From: Eledone cirrhosa
Taxonomy: Eukaryota
Direction of reading: 5' to 3'
Length of the DNA: 64,000 bases
Assembly: GCA_964016885.1 (NCBI GenBank)
Contig: OZ024744.1
Coordinates: 13,702,001-13,766,000 of the forward strand
Part shown: positions 27,201 through 41,500 of the stretch, piece by piece
How the letters are laid out: each line of letters opens with the position of its first letter
How positions within the stretch are numbered: the first letter of the stretch is position 1
The notes under the pieces: generated by a model
The model's input: the letters and a program-made list of their open reading frames with translations, nothing else
The model's database searches: none
Told to the model about the DNA's origin: nothing
Translations under genes and position numbers: made by a program

Positions 27201-30200
27201 TAGAATGTCTCAGTAGATTAGAGTGTCAATCCTGTTAAAGCTACTCTCTAAATTGAGAGATCACAACTCCCATACTATGGACATGTGGGTAGAATGTCTC
27301 AGTAGATCAGAGAGTCACTCCAGTTAAAGCGACTAATTCTCTAAATTGAGAGATCACAACTCCCCTACTATGGACATGGGGTTTGAATGTCTCAGTAGAT
27401 CAGAGATTCACTCCAGTTAAAGCTAATCTCTAAATTGAGAGATCACAACTCCAATACTATGGACATGGGGTTTGAAAGTCTCAGTAGATCAGAGTGTCAC
27501 TCCAGTTAAAGCTACTCTCTAAATTGAGAGATTACAACTCCAATACTATGGACATGTGGTTAGAATGTCTCAGTAGATTAGAGAGTCACTCCAGTTAAAG
27601 CCACTCTCTAAATTGAGAGATCACAACTCCAATACTATGGATATGGGGTTAGAATGTCTCAGTAGATCAGAGTATCTCTCCACTTAAAGCTACTCTCTGA
27701 ATTGAGAGATCACAACTCCCATACTATGGACATGTGGTTAGAATGTCTCAGTAGATCAGGGAGTCACTCCAGTTAAAGCTACTCTCTAAATTGAGAGATC
27801 ACAACTCCCATTATATGGACATGTGGTTACAATGTCTCAGTAGATCAGAGAGTCACTCCAGTTAAAGCCACTCTCTAAATTGAGAGATCACAACTCCCAT
27901 ACTATGGACATGTGTTTAGAATGTCTCAGTAGATCAGAGAGTCAATCCAGTTAAAGCTACTCTCTAAATTGAGAGATCACAACTCCTATACTATGGACAT
28001 GGGGTTAGAACGTCTCAGTAGATCAGAGTGTCACTCCAGTTAAAGCCACTCTCTAAATTGAGAGATCACAACTCGCATACTATGGACATGTGGTTAGAAT
28101 GTCTCAGTAGATCAGAGAGTCACTCCAGTTAAAGCTACTCTCTAAATTGAGAGATCACAACTCCCATAGTATGGACATGTGGTTAGAATGTCTCAGTAGA
28201 TCAGAGAGTCCCTCCAGTTAAAGCCACTCTCTAAATTGAGATATCACAACTCCCATACTATGGACATGTGGTGAGAATGTCTCAGTAGATCAGAGAGTCA
28301 CTCCAGTTAAAGCTACTCTCTAAATTGAGAGATCACAACTCCTATACTATGGACATGGGGTTAGAATGTCTCAGTAGATCAGAGTGTCACTCCAGATAAA
28401 GCCACTCTCTAAATTGAGAGATCACAACTTCCATACTATGGACATGTGGTTAGAATGTCTCAGTAGATCAGAGAATCACTTCAGTTGAAGTCACTCTCTA
28501 AATTGAGAGATCACAATTCCAATAGTATGGTCATGGGGTTTGAATGTCTCAGTAGATCAGAGTGTCAATCCAGTTAAAGTTACTCTCTAAATTGAGAGAT
28601 CACAACTCCAATACTATGGACATGTGGTTAGAATGTCTCAGTAGATCAGAAAGTCACTCCAGTTAAAGCTACACTCTAAATTGAGAGATCACAATTCCTA
28701 TACTATGGACATGGGGTTAGAATGTCTTAGTAGATCAGAGTGTCACTCCAGTTAAAGCCACTCTCTAAATTGAGGGATCACAACTCCCATACTATGGACA
28801 TGTGGTTAGAATGTCTCAGTAGATCAGAAAGTCACTCCAGTTAAAGCTACACTCTAAATTGAGAGATCACAACTCCCATACTATGGACATGTGGTTAGAA
28901 TGTCTCAGTAGATTAGAGTGTCAATCCAGTTAAAGCTACTCTCTAAATTGAGAGATCACAACTCCCATACTATGGACATGTGGGTAGAATGTCTCAGTAG
29001 ATCAGAGAGTCACTCCAGTTAAAGCCACTAATTCTCTAAATTGAGAGATCACAACTCCCATTCTATGGACATGTGGTTAGAATGTCTCAGTAGATCAGAG
29101 TGTCACTCCAGATAAAGCCACTCTCTAAATTGAGAGATCACAACTTCCATACTATGGACATGTGGTTAGAATGTCTCAGTAGATCAGAGAGTCACTCCAG
29201 TTAAAGCCACTCTCTAAATTGAGATATCACAACTCCCATACTATGGACATGTGGTGAGAATGTCTCAGTAGATCAGAGAGTCACTCCAGTTAAAGCTACT
29301 CACTAAATTGAGAGATCACAACACCCATACCATGGACATGGGTTTGAATGTCTCAGTAGATCAGAGATTCACTCCAGTTAAAGCTACTCTCTAAATTGAG
29401 AGATCACAACTCCCATACTATGGACATGTGGTTAGAATGTCTCAGTAGATTAGAGTGTCAATCCAGTTAAAGCTACTCTCTAAATTGAGAGATCACAACT
29501 CCCATACTATGGACATGTGGGTAGAATGTCTCAGTAGATCAGAGAGTCACTCCAGTTAAAGCCACTAATTCTCTAAATTGAGAGATCACAACTCCTATTC
29601 TATGGACATGTGGTTAGAATGTCTCAGTAGATCAGAGAGTCACTCCAGTTAAGCCACTCTCTAAATTGAGAGATCACAACTTCAATACTATGGACATGGG
29701 GTTTGAATGTCTCAGTAGATCAGAGATTCACTCCAGTTAAAGCTACTCTCTAAATTGAGAGATAACAACTCCAATACTATGGACATGTGCTTAGAATGTC
29801 TCAGTAGATTAGAGTGTCAATCCTGTTAAAGCTACTCTCTAAATTGAGAGATCACAACTCCCATACTATGGACATGTGGGTAGAATGTCTCAGTAGATCA
29901 GAGAGTCACTCCAGTTAAAGCGACTAATTCTCTAAATTGAGAGATCACAACTCCCCTACTATGGACATGGGGTTTGAATGTCTCAGTAGATCAGAGATTC
30001 ACTCCAGTTAAAGCTAATCTCTAAATTGAGAGATCACAACTCCAATACTATGGACATGGGGTTTGAAAGTCTCAGTAGATCAGAGTGTCACTCCAGTTAA
30101 AGCTACTCTCTAAATTGAGAGATTACAACTCCAATACTATGGACATGTGGTTAGAATGTCTCAGTAGATTAGAGAGTCACTCCAGTTAAAGCCACTCTCT

Positions 30201-33200
30201 AAATTGAGAGATCACAACTCCAATACTATGGATATGGGGTTAGAATGTCTCAGTAGATCAGAGTATCTCTCCACTTAAAGCTACTCTCTAAATTGAGAGA
30301 TCACAACTCCCATACTATGGACATGTGGTTAGAATGTCTCAGTAGATCAGGGAGTCACTCCAGTTAAAGCTACTCTCTAAATTGAGAGATCACAACTCCC
30401 ATACTATGGACATGTGGTTACAATGTCTCAGTAGATCAGAGAGTCACTCCAGTTAAAGCCACTCTCTAAATTGAGAGATCACAACTCCCATACTATGGAC
30501 ATGTGTTTAGAATGTCTCAGTAGATCAGAGAGTCAATCCAGTTAAAGCTACTCTCTAAATTGAGAGATCACAACTCCTATACTATGGACATGGGGTTAGA
30601 ACGTCTCAGTAGATCAGAGTGTTACTCCAGTTAAAGCCACTCTCTAAATTGAGAGATCACAACTCGCATACTATGGACATGTGGTTAGAATGTCTCAGTA
30701 GATCAGAGAGTCACTCCAGTTAAAGCTACTCTCTAAATTGAGAGATCACAACTCCCATAGTATGGACATGTGGTTAGAATGTCTCAGTAGATCAGAGAGT
30801 CCCTCCAGTTAAAGCCACTCTCTAAATTGAGATATCACAACTCCCATACTATGGACATGTGGTGAGAATGTCTCAGTAGATCAGAGAGTCACTCCAGTTA
30901 ACGCTACTCTCTAAATTGAGAGATCACAACTCCTATACTATGGACATGGGGTTAGAATGTCTCAGTAGATCAGAGTGTCACTCCAGATAAAGCCACTCTC
31001 TAAATTGAGAGATCACAACTTCCATACTATGGACATGTGGTTAGAATGTCTCAGTAGATCAGAGAATCACTTCAGTTGAAGTCACTCTCTAAATTGAGAG
31101 ATCACAATTCCAATAGTATGGTCATGGGGTTTGAATGTCTCAGTAGATCAGAGTGTCAATCCAGTTAAAGTTACTCTCTAAATTGAGAGATCACAACTCC
31201 AATACTATGGACATGTGGTTAGAATGTCTCAGTAGATCAGAAAGTCACTCCAGTTAAAGCTACACTCTAAATTGAGAGATCACAATTCCTATACTATGGA
31301 CATGGGGTTAGAATGTCTTAGTAGATCAGAGTGTCACTCCAGTTAAAGCCACTCTCTAAATTGAGGGATCACAACTCCCATACTATGGACATGTGGTTAG
31401 AATGTCTCAGTAGATCAGAAAGTCACTCCAGTTAAAGCTACACTCTAAATTGAGAGATCACAACTCCCATACTATGGACATGTGGTTAGAATGTCTCAGT
31501 AGATTAGAGTGTCAATCCAGTTAAAGCTACTCTCTAAATTGAGAGATCACAACTCCCATACTATGGACATGTGGGTAGAATGTCTCAGTAGATCAGAGAG
31601 TCACTCCAGTTAAAGCCACTAATTCTCTAAATTGAGAGATCACAACTCCCATTCTATGGACATGTGGTTAGAATGTCTCAGTAGATCAGAGTGTCACTCC
31701 AGATAAAGCCACTCTCTAAATTGAGAGATCACAACTTCCATACTATGGACATGTGGTTAGAATGTCTCAGTAGATCAGAGAGTCCCTCCAGTTAAAGCCA
31801 CTCTCTAAATTGAGATATCACAACTCCCATACTATGGACATGTGGTGAGAATGTCTCAGTAGATCAGAGAGTCACTCCAGTTAAAGCTACTCACTAAATT
31901 GAGAGATCACAACACCCATACCATGGACATGGGTTTGAATGTCTCAGTAGATCAGAGATTCACTCCAGTTAAAGCTACTCTCTAAATTGAGAGATAACAA
32001 CTCCAATACTATGGACATGTGCTTAGAATGTCTCAGTAGATTAGAGTGTCAATCCTGTTAAAACTACTCTCTAAATTGAGAGATTACAACTCCCATACTA
32101 TGGACATGGGGTTTGAAAGTCTCAGTAGATCAGAGTGTCACTCCAGTTAAAGCTACTCTCTAAATTGAGAGATTACAACTCCCATACTATGGACATGTGG
32201 GTAGAATGTCTCAGTAGATCAGAGAGTCACTCCAGTTAAAGCGACTAATTCTCTAAATTGAGAGATCACAACTCCCCTACTATGGACATGGGGTTTGAAT
32301 GTCTCAGTAGATCAGAGATTCACTCCAGTTAAAGCTACTCTCTAAATTGAGAGATCACAACTCCAATACTATGGACATGGGGTTTGAAAGTCTCAGTAGA
32401 TCAGAGTGTCACTCCAGTTAAAGCTACTCTCTAAATTGAGAGATTACAACTCCAATACTATGGACATGTGGTTAGAATGTCTCAGTAGATTAGAGAGTCA
32501 CTCCAGTTAAAGCCACTCTCTAAATTGAGAGATCACAACTCCAATACTATGGATATGGGGTTAGAATGTCTCAGTAGATCAGAGTATCTCTCCACTTAAA
32601 GCTACTCTCTAAATTGAGAGATCACAACTCCCATACTATGGACATGTGGTTAGAATGTCTCAGTAGATCAGGGAGTCACTCCAGTTAAAGCTACTCTCTA
32701 AATTGAGAGATCACAACTCCCATACTATGGACATGTGGTTACAATGTCTCAGTAGATCAGAGAGTCACTCCAGTTAAAGCCACTCTCTAAATTGAGAGAT
32801 CACAACTCCCATACTATGGACATGTGTTTAGAATGTCTCAGTAGATCAGAGAGTCAATCCAGTTAAAGCTACTCTCTAAATTGAGAGATCACAACTCCTA
32901 TACTATGGACATGGGGTTAGAACGTCTCAGTAGATCAGAGTGTCACTCCAGTTAAAGCTACTCTCTAAATTGAGAGATCACAACTCCCATACTATGGACA
33001 TGTGGTTAGAATGTCTCAGTAGATCAGGGAGTCACTCCAGTTAAAGATACTCTCTAAATTGAGAGATCACAACTCCCATACTATGGACATGTGGTTACAA
33101 TGTCTCAGTAGATCAGAGAGTCAATCCAGTTAAAGCTACTCTCTAAATTGAGAGATCACAACTCCTATACTATGGACATGGGGTTAGAACGTCTCAGTAG

Positions 33201-34579
33201 ATCAGAGTGTCACTCCAGTTAAAGCCACTCTCTAAATTGAGAGATCACAACTCGCATACTATGGACATGTGGTTAGAATGTCTCAGTAGATCAGAGAGTC
33301 ACTCCAGTTAAAGCTACTCTCTAAATTGAGAGATCACAACTCCCATAGTATGGACATGTGGTTAGAATGTTTCAGTAGATCAGAGAGTCCCTCCAGTTAA
33401 AGCCACTCTCTAAATTGAGAGATCACAACTCCTATACTATGGACATGGGGTTAGAATGTCTCAGTAGATCAGAGTGTCACTCCAGATAAAGCCACTCTCT
33501 AAGTTGAGAGATCACAACTTCCATACTATGGACATGTGGTTAGAATGTCTCAGTAGATCAGAGAATCACTTCAGTTGAAGCCACTCTCTAAATTGAGAGA
33601 TCACAATTCCTATACTATGGACATGGGGTTAGAATGTCTTGGTAGATCAGAGTGTCACTCCAGTTAAAGCCACTCTCTAAATTGAGGGATCACAACTCCC
33701 ATACTATGGACATGTGGTTAGAATGTCTCAGTAGATCAGAAAGTCACTCCAGTTAAAGCTACACCCTAAATTGAGAGATCACAACTCCCATACTATGGAC
33801 ATGTGGTTAGAATGTCTCAGTAGATTAGAGTGTCAATCCAGTTAAAGCTACTCTCTAAATTGAGAGATCACAACTCCCATACTATGGACATGTGGGTAGA
33901 ATGTCTCAGTAGATCAGAGAGTCACTCCAGTTAAAGCCACTAATTCTCTAAATTGAGAGATCACAACTCCCATTCTATGGACATGTGGTTAGAATGTCTC
34001 AGTAGATCAGAGGGTCACTCCAGTTAAGCCACTCTCTAAATTGAGTGATCACCACTTCAATACTATGGACATGTGGTTAGAATGTCTCAGTAGATCAGAG
34101 AGTCACTCCAGTTAAAGCTACTCACTAAATTGAGAGATCACAACACCCATACCATGGACATGGGTTTGAATGTCTCAGTAGATCAGAGATTCACTCCAGT
34201 TAAAGCTACTCTCTAAATTGAGAGATAACAACTCCAATACTATGGACATGTGGTTAGAATGTCTCAGTAGATTAGAGTGTCAATCCTGTTAAAGCTACTC
34301 TCTAAATTGAGAGATGACAACTCCCATACTATGGACATGTGGGTAGAATGTCTCAGTAGATCAGAGAGTCACTCCAGTTAAAGCGACTAATTCTCTAAAT
34401 TGAGAGATCACAACTCCCCTACTATGGACATGGGGTTTGAATGTCTCAGTAGATCAGAGATTCACTCCAGTTAAAGCTACTCTCTAAATTGAGAGATCAC
34501 AACTCCAATACTATGGACATGGGGTTTGAAAGTCTCAGTAGATCAGAGTGTCACTCCAGTTAAAGCTACTCTCTAAATT
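21200..34579. repeat. HOR domain B: variable-length 23/29/26-monomer repeats
   Basis: Marker TCTCTCCACT at 25621, 27675, 30266 and 32587 (offsets 2054, 2591, 2321), each followed by CAGGGAGTC and GGTTACAATG monomers. The 21.2-25 kb part is a related precursor-like segment lacking these markers. Confidence 0.8.
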
Positions 34580-37500
34580 GAGAGATTACAACTCCAATAC
34601 TATGGACATGTGGTTAGAATGTCTCAGTAGATTAGAGAGTCACTCCAGTTAAAGCCACTCTCTAAATTGAGAGACCACAACTCCAATACTATGGACATGG
34701 GGTTAGAATGTCTCAGTAGATCAGAGTATCACTCCAGTTAAAGCCACTCTCTAAATTGAGAGATCACAACTTCCATACTATGGACATGTGGTTAGAATGT
34801 CTCAGTAGATCAGAGAGTCACTTCAGTTGAAGCCACTCTCTAAATTGAGAGTTCACAACTCCAATAGTATGGTCATGGGGTTTGAATGTCTTAGTAGATC
34901 AGAGTGTCAATCCAGTTAAAGTTACTCTCTAAATTGAGAGATCACAACTCCAATACTATGGAGATGGGCTTTGAATGTCTCAGTAGATCAGAGAGTCACT
35001 CCAGTTAAAGCTACACTCTAAATTGAGAGATCACAACTCCAATACTATGGACATGTGGTTAGAATGTCTCAGTAGATCAGAGAGTCATTCCAGTTAAAGC
35101 GACTCTCTAAATTGAGAGATCACAACTCCCATACTATGGACATGTGGTTAGAACGTCTCAGTAGATCAGAGAGTCACTCCAGTTAAAGCTACTCTCTAAA
35201 TTGAGAGATCACAACTCCCATACTATGGAAATGTGGTTAGAATGTCTCCGTAGATCAGAGAGTCACTCCAGTTAAAGCCACTCTCTAAATTGAGAGATCA
35301 GAACTCCCATACTATGGACATGTGATTAGAATGTCTCAGTAGATCAGAAAGTCACTCCAGTTAAAGCTACACTCTAAATTTAGAGATCACAATTCCTATA
35401 CTATGGACATGGGGTTAGAACGTCTCAGTAGATCAGAGGGTCACTCCAGTTAAAGCCACTCTCTAAATTGAGGGATCACAACTCCCATACTATGGACATG
35501 TGGTTAGAATGTCTCAGTAGATCAGAGAGTCACTCCAGTTAAAGCCACTCTCTAAATTGAGAGATCACAACTCCAATACTATGGACATGTGGTTTGAATG
35601 TCTCAGTAGATCAGAGAGTCACTTCAGTTAAAGCTACTCTCTAAATTGAGAGATCACAACTCCAATACTATGGACATGGGGTTTGAAAGACTCAGTAGAT
35701 CAGAGAGTCACTCCAGTTAAAGCTACTCTCTAGATTGAGAGATCACAACTCCCATACTATGGACATGTGGTTAGAATGTCTCAGTAGATCAGAGAGTCAC
35801 TCCAGTTAAAGCCACTCTCTAAATTGAGAGATCACAACTCCCATACTATGGACATGTGTTTAGAATGTCTCAGTAGATCAGAGAGTCAATCCAGTTAAAG
35901 CTACTCTCTAAATTGAGAGATCACAACTCCTATACTATGGACATGGGGTTAGAATGTCTCAGTAGATCAGAGTGTCACTCCAGTTAATGCCACTCTCTAA
36001 ATTGAGAGATCACAACTCCCATACTATGGACATGTGGTTAGAATGTCTCAGTAGATCAGAGAGTCACTCCAGTTAAAGCCACTCTCTAATTTGAGAGATC
36101 ACAACTCGCATATTATGGATATGTGGGTAGAATGTCTCAGTAGATCAGAGTGTCACTCCAGTTAAATCTACTCTCTAAATTGAGAGATCACAACTCCCAT
36201 ACTATGGACATGTGGTTAGAATGTCTCAGTAGATCAGAGAATCACTCCAGTTAAAGCCACTCTCTAAATTGAGAGATCACAACTCTAATACTATGGTCAT
36301 GTGGTTAGAATGTCTCAGTAGATCAGAGAGTCACTCCAGTTACAGCCACTCTCTAAATTGAGAGATCACAACTCCCATACTATGGACATGTGGGTAGAAT
36401 GTCTCAGTAGATCAGAGAGTCACTCCAGTTAAAGCCACTAATTCTCTAAATTGAGAGATCACAACTTCCATACTATGGATATGTGGTTAGAATGTCTCAG
36501 TAGATCAGAGAGTCACTCCAGTTAAAGCCACTCTCTAAATTGAGAGATTACAACTCCAATACTATGGACATGTGGTTAGAATGTCTCAGTAGATTAGAGA
36601 GTCACTCCAGTTAAAGCCACTCTCTAAATTGAGAGACCACAACTCCAATACTATGGACATGGGGTTAGAATGTCTCAGTAGATCAGAGTATCACTCCAGT
36701 TAAAGCCACTCTCTAAATTGAGAGATCACAACTTCCATACTATGGACATGTGGTTAGAATGTCTCAGTAGATCAGAGAGTCACTTCAGTTGAAGCCACTC
36801 TCTAAATTGAGAGATCACAACTCCAATAGTATGGTCATGGGGTTTGAATGTCTTAGTAGATCAGAGTGTCAATCCAGTTAAAGTTACTCTCTAAATTGAG
36901 AGATCACAACTCCAATACTATGGAGATGGGCTTTGAATGTCTCAGTAGATCAGAGAGTCACTCCAGTTAAAGCTACACTCTAAATTGAGAGATCACAACT
37001 CCAATACTATGGACATGTGGTTAGAATGTCTCAGTAGATCAGAGAGTCATTCCAGTTAAAGCGACTCTCTAAATTGAGAGATCACAACTCCCATACTATG
37101 GACATGTGGTTAGAACGTCTCAGTAGATCAGAGAGTCACTCCAGTTAAAGCTACTCTCTAAATTGAGAGATCACAACTCCCATACTATGGAAATGTGGTT
37201 AGAATGTCTCCGTAGATCAGAGAGTCACTCCAGTTAAAGCCACTCTCTAAATTGAGAGATCAGAACTCCCATACTATGGACATGTGATTAGAATGTCTCA
37301 GTAGATCAGAAAGTCACTCCAGTTAAAGCTACACTCTAAATTTAGAGATCACAATTCCTATACTATGGACATGGGGTTAGAACGTCTCAGTAGATCAGAG
37401 GGTCACTCCAGTTAAAGCCACTCTCTAAATTGAGGGATCACAACTCCCATACTATGGACATGTGGTTAGAATGTCTCAGTAGATCAGAGAGTCACTCCAG

Positions 37501-38503
37501 TTAAAGCCACTCTCTAAATTGAGAGATCACAACTCCAATACTATGGACATGTGGTTTGAATGTCTCAGTAGATCAGAGAGTCACTTCAGTTAAAGCTACT
37601 CTCTAAATTGAGAGATCACAACTCCAATACTATGGACATGGGGTTTGAAAGACTCAGTAGATCAGAGAGTCACTCCAGTTAAAGCTACTCTCTAGATTGA
37701 GAGATCACAACTCCCATACTATGGACATGTGGTTAGAATGTCTCAGTAGATCAGAGAGTCACTCCAGTTAAAGCCACTCTCTAAATTGAGAGATCACAAC
37801 TCCCATACTATGGACATGTGTTTAGAATGTCTCAGTAGATCAGAGAGTCAATCCAGTTAAAGCTACTCTCTAAATTGAGAGATCACAACTCCTATACTAT
37901 GGACATGGGGTTAGAATGTCTCAGTAGATCAGAGTGTCACTCCAGTTAATGCCACTCTCTAAATTGAGAGATCACAACTCCCATACTATGGACATGTGGT
38001 TAGAATGTCTCAGTAGATCAGAGAGTCACTCCAGTTAAAGCCACTCTCTAATTTGAGAGATCACAACTCGCATATTATGGATATGTGGGTAGAATGTCTC
38101 AGTAGATCAGAGTGTCACTCCAGTTAAATCTACTCTCTAAATTGAGAGATCACAACTCCCATACTATGGACATGTGGTTAGAATGTCTCAGTAGATCAGA
38201 GAATCACTCCAGTTAAAGCCACTCTCTAAATTGAGAGATCACAACTCTAATACTATGGTCATGTGGTTAGAATGTCTCAGTAGATCAGAGAGTCACTCCA
38301 GTTACAGCCACTCTCTAAATTGAGAGATCACAACTCCCATACTATGGACATGTGGGTAGAATGTCTCAGTAGATCAGAGAGTCACTCCAGTTAAAGCCAC
38401 TAATTCTCTAAATTGAGAGATCACAACTTCCATACTATGGATATGTGGTTAGAATGTCTCAGTAGATCAGAGAGTCACTCCAGTTAAAGCCACTCTCTAA
38501 ATT
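34580..38503. repeat. Near-perfect tandem duplication of a 22-monomer HOR (1962 bp)
   Basis: GAGACC at 34671 and 36633; CAGTTAATGC at 35981 and 37943. Both offsets are 1962 = 22x89+4. Shared rare variants include GGAGATGGGC, TCTCCGTAG, AAATTTAGAG, GAAAGACTC, CTAGATTG and GTTACAGCC. Confidence 0.92.
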
Positions 38504-41500
38504 GAGAGATCATAACTCCAATACTATGGACATGTGGTTAGAATGTCTCAGTAGATCAGAGTGTCACTCCAGTTAAAGCTACTCTCTAAATTGAGAGATT
38601 ACAACTCCAATACTATGGACATGGGGTTTGAATGTCTCAGTAGATCAGAGAGTCACTCCAGTTAAAGCTACTCTCTAAATTGAGAGATCACAACTCCCAT
38701 ACTATGGACATGGGGTTAGAATGTCTCAGTAGATCAGAGAGTCATTCCAGTTTAAGCCACTCTCTAAATTGAGAGATCATAACTCCCATACTATGGACAT
38801 GTGGTTAGAATGTCTCAGTAGATCAGAGAGTCACTCTTGTTAAAGCTACTCTCTAAATTGAGAGATTACAACTCCAATACTATGGACATGGGGTTTGAAT
38901 GTCTCAGTAGATCAGAGAGTCACTCCAGTTAAAGCTACTCTCTAAATTGAGAGATCACAACTCCCATAGTATGGACATGTGGTTAGAATGTCTCAGTAGA
39001 TCAGAGAGTCCCTCCAGTTAAAGCCACTCTCTAAATTGTGATATCACAACTCCCATACTATGGACATGTGGTGAGAATGTCTCAGTAGATCAGAGAGTCA
39101 CTCCAGTTAAAGCTACTCTCTAAATTGAGAGATCACAACTCCTATACTATGGACATGGTGTTAGAATGTCTCAGTAGATCAGAGAATGTCACTCCAGATA
39201 AAGCCACTCTCTAAATTGAGAGATCACAACTTCCATACTATGGACATGTGGTTAGAATGTCTCAGTAGTTCAGAGAATCACTTCAGTTGAAGCCACTCTC
39301 TAAATTGAGAGATCACAACTCCAATAGTATGGTCATGGGGTTTGAATGTCTCAGTATATCAGAGTGTCAATCCAGTTAAAGTTACTCTCTAAATTGAGAG
39401 ATCACAACTCCAATACTATGGACATGTGGTTAGAATGTCTCAGTAGATCAGAAAGTCACTCCAGTTAAAGCTACACTCTAAATTGAGAGATCACAATTCC
39501 TATACTATGGACATGGGGTTAGAATGTCTTAGTAGATCAGAGTGTCAATCCAGTTAAAGCTACTCTCTAAATTGAGGGATCACAACTCCCATACTATGGA
39601 CATGTGGGTAGAATGTCTCAGTAGATCAGAGAGTCACTCCAGTTAAAGCCACTAATTCTCTAAATTGAGAGATCACAACTCCCATTCTATGGACATGTGG
39701 TTAGAATGTCTCAGTAGATCAGAGAGTCACTCCAGTTAAAGCTACTCACTAAATTGAGAGATCACAACACCCATACCATGGACATGGGTTTGAATGTCTC
39801 AGTAGATCAGAGATTCACTCCAGTTAAAGCTACTCTCTAAATTGAGAGATAACAACTCCAATACTATGGACATGTGGTTAGAATGTCTCAGTAGATTAGA
39901 GTGTCAATCCTGTTAAAGCTACTCTCTAAATTGAGAGATCACAACTCCCATACTATGGACATGTGGGTAGAATGTCTCAGTAGATCAGAGAGTCACTCCA
40001 GTTAAAGCGACTAATTCTCTAAATTGAGAGATCACAACTCCCCTACTATGGACATGGGGTTTGAATGTCTCAGTAGATCAGAGTGTCAATCCAGTTAAAG
40101 CTACTCTCTAAATTGAGAGATCACAACTCCAATAGTATGGTCATGGGGTTTGAATGTCTCAGTATATCAGAGTGTCAATCCAGTTAAAGCTACTCTCTAA
40201 ATTGAGAGATCACAACTCCTATACTATGGACATGTGGGTAGAATGTCTCAGTAGATCAGAGATTCACTCCAGTTAAAGCTACTCTCTAAATTGAGAGATC
40301 ACAACTCCAATACTATGGACATGTGGTTAGAATGTCTCAGTAGATTAGAGAGTCACTCCAGTTAAAGCCACTCTCTAAATTGAGAGATCACAACTCCAAT
40401 ACTATGGACATGGGGTTAGAATGTCTCAGTAGATCAGAGTATCACTCCAGTTAAAGCCACTCTCTAAATTGAGAGATCACAACTTCCATACTATGGACAT
40501 GTGGTTAGAATGTCTCAGTAGATCAGAGAGTCACTCCAGTTAAAGCCACTCTCTAAATTGAGAGATCACAACTCCAATAATATGAACATGGGGTTTGAAT
40601 GTCTCAGTACATCAGAGTGTCACTCCAGTTAAAGCTACTCTCTAAATTGAGAGATCACAACTTCAATACTATGGACATGGGGTTTGATAGTCTCAGTAGA
40701 TCAGAGTGTCACTCCAGTTAAAGCTACTCTCTAAATTGATTGATTACAACTCCAATACTATGGACATGGGTTTTGAATGTCTCAGTAGATCAGATAGTCA
40801 CTCCAGTTAAAGCTACTCTCTAAATTGAGAGATCACAACTCCCATACTATGGACATGTGGTTAGAATGTCTCAGTAGATCAGAGAGTCACTCCAGTTAAA
40901 GCTACTCTCTAAATTGAGAGATCACAACTCCCATACTATGGACATGTGGTTAGAATGTCTCAGTAGATCAGGGAGTCACTCCAGTTAAAGCCACTCTCTA
41001 AATTGAGAGATCACAACTCCCATACTATGGACATGTGTTTAGAATGTCTCAGTAGATCAGAGAGTCAATCCAGTTAAAGCTACTCTCTAAATTGAGAGAT
41101 CACAACTCCTATACTATGGACATGGGGTTAGAACGTCTCAGTAGATAAGAGTGTCACTCCAGTTAAAGCCACTCTCTAAATTGAGAGATCACAACTCCCA
41201 TGCTATGGACATGTGGTGAGAATGTCTCAGTAGATCAGAGAGTCACTCCAGTTAAAGCTACTCACTAAATTGAGAGATCACAACTCCTATACTATGGACA
41301 TGGGGTTAGAATGTCTCAGTAGATCAGAGTGTCACTCCAGTTAAAGCCACTCTCTAAATTTAGAGATCACAACTCCAATACTATGGACATGTGGTTAGAA
41401 TGTCTCAGTAGATTAGAGAGTCATTCCAGTTAAAGCCACTCTCTAAATTGAGAGATCACAACTCCCATACTATGGACATGTGGTTAGAATGTCTCAGTAG

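Noticed and set aside
39181-39190. Singleton small indels (+2 near 39185, -1 near 15940, +1 near 56470, -1 near 57329) as meaningful signals
   Set aside because: They fall in short dinucleotide or homopolymer runs and, where a paralogous copy was checked (39185 versus about 46945), it lacks the indel. They cannot be distinguished from slippage or consensus errors.
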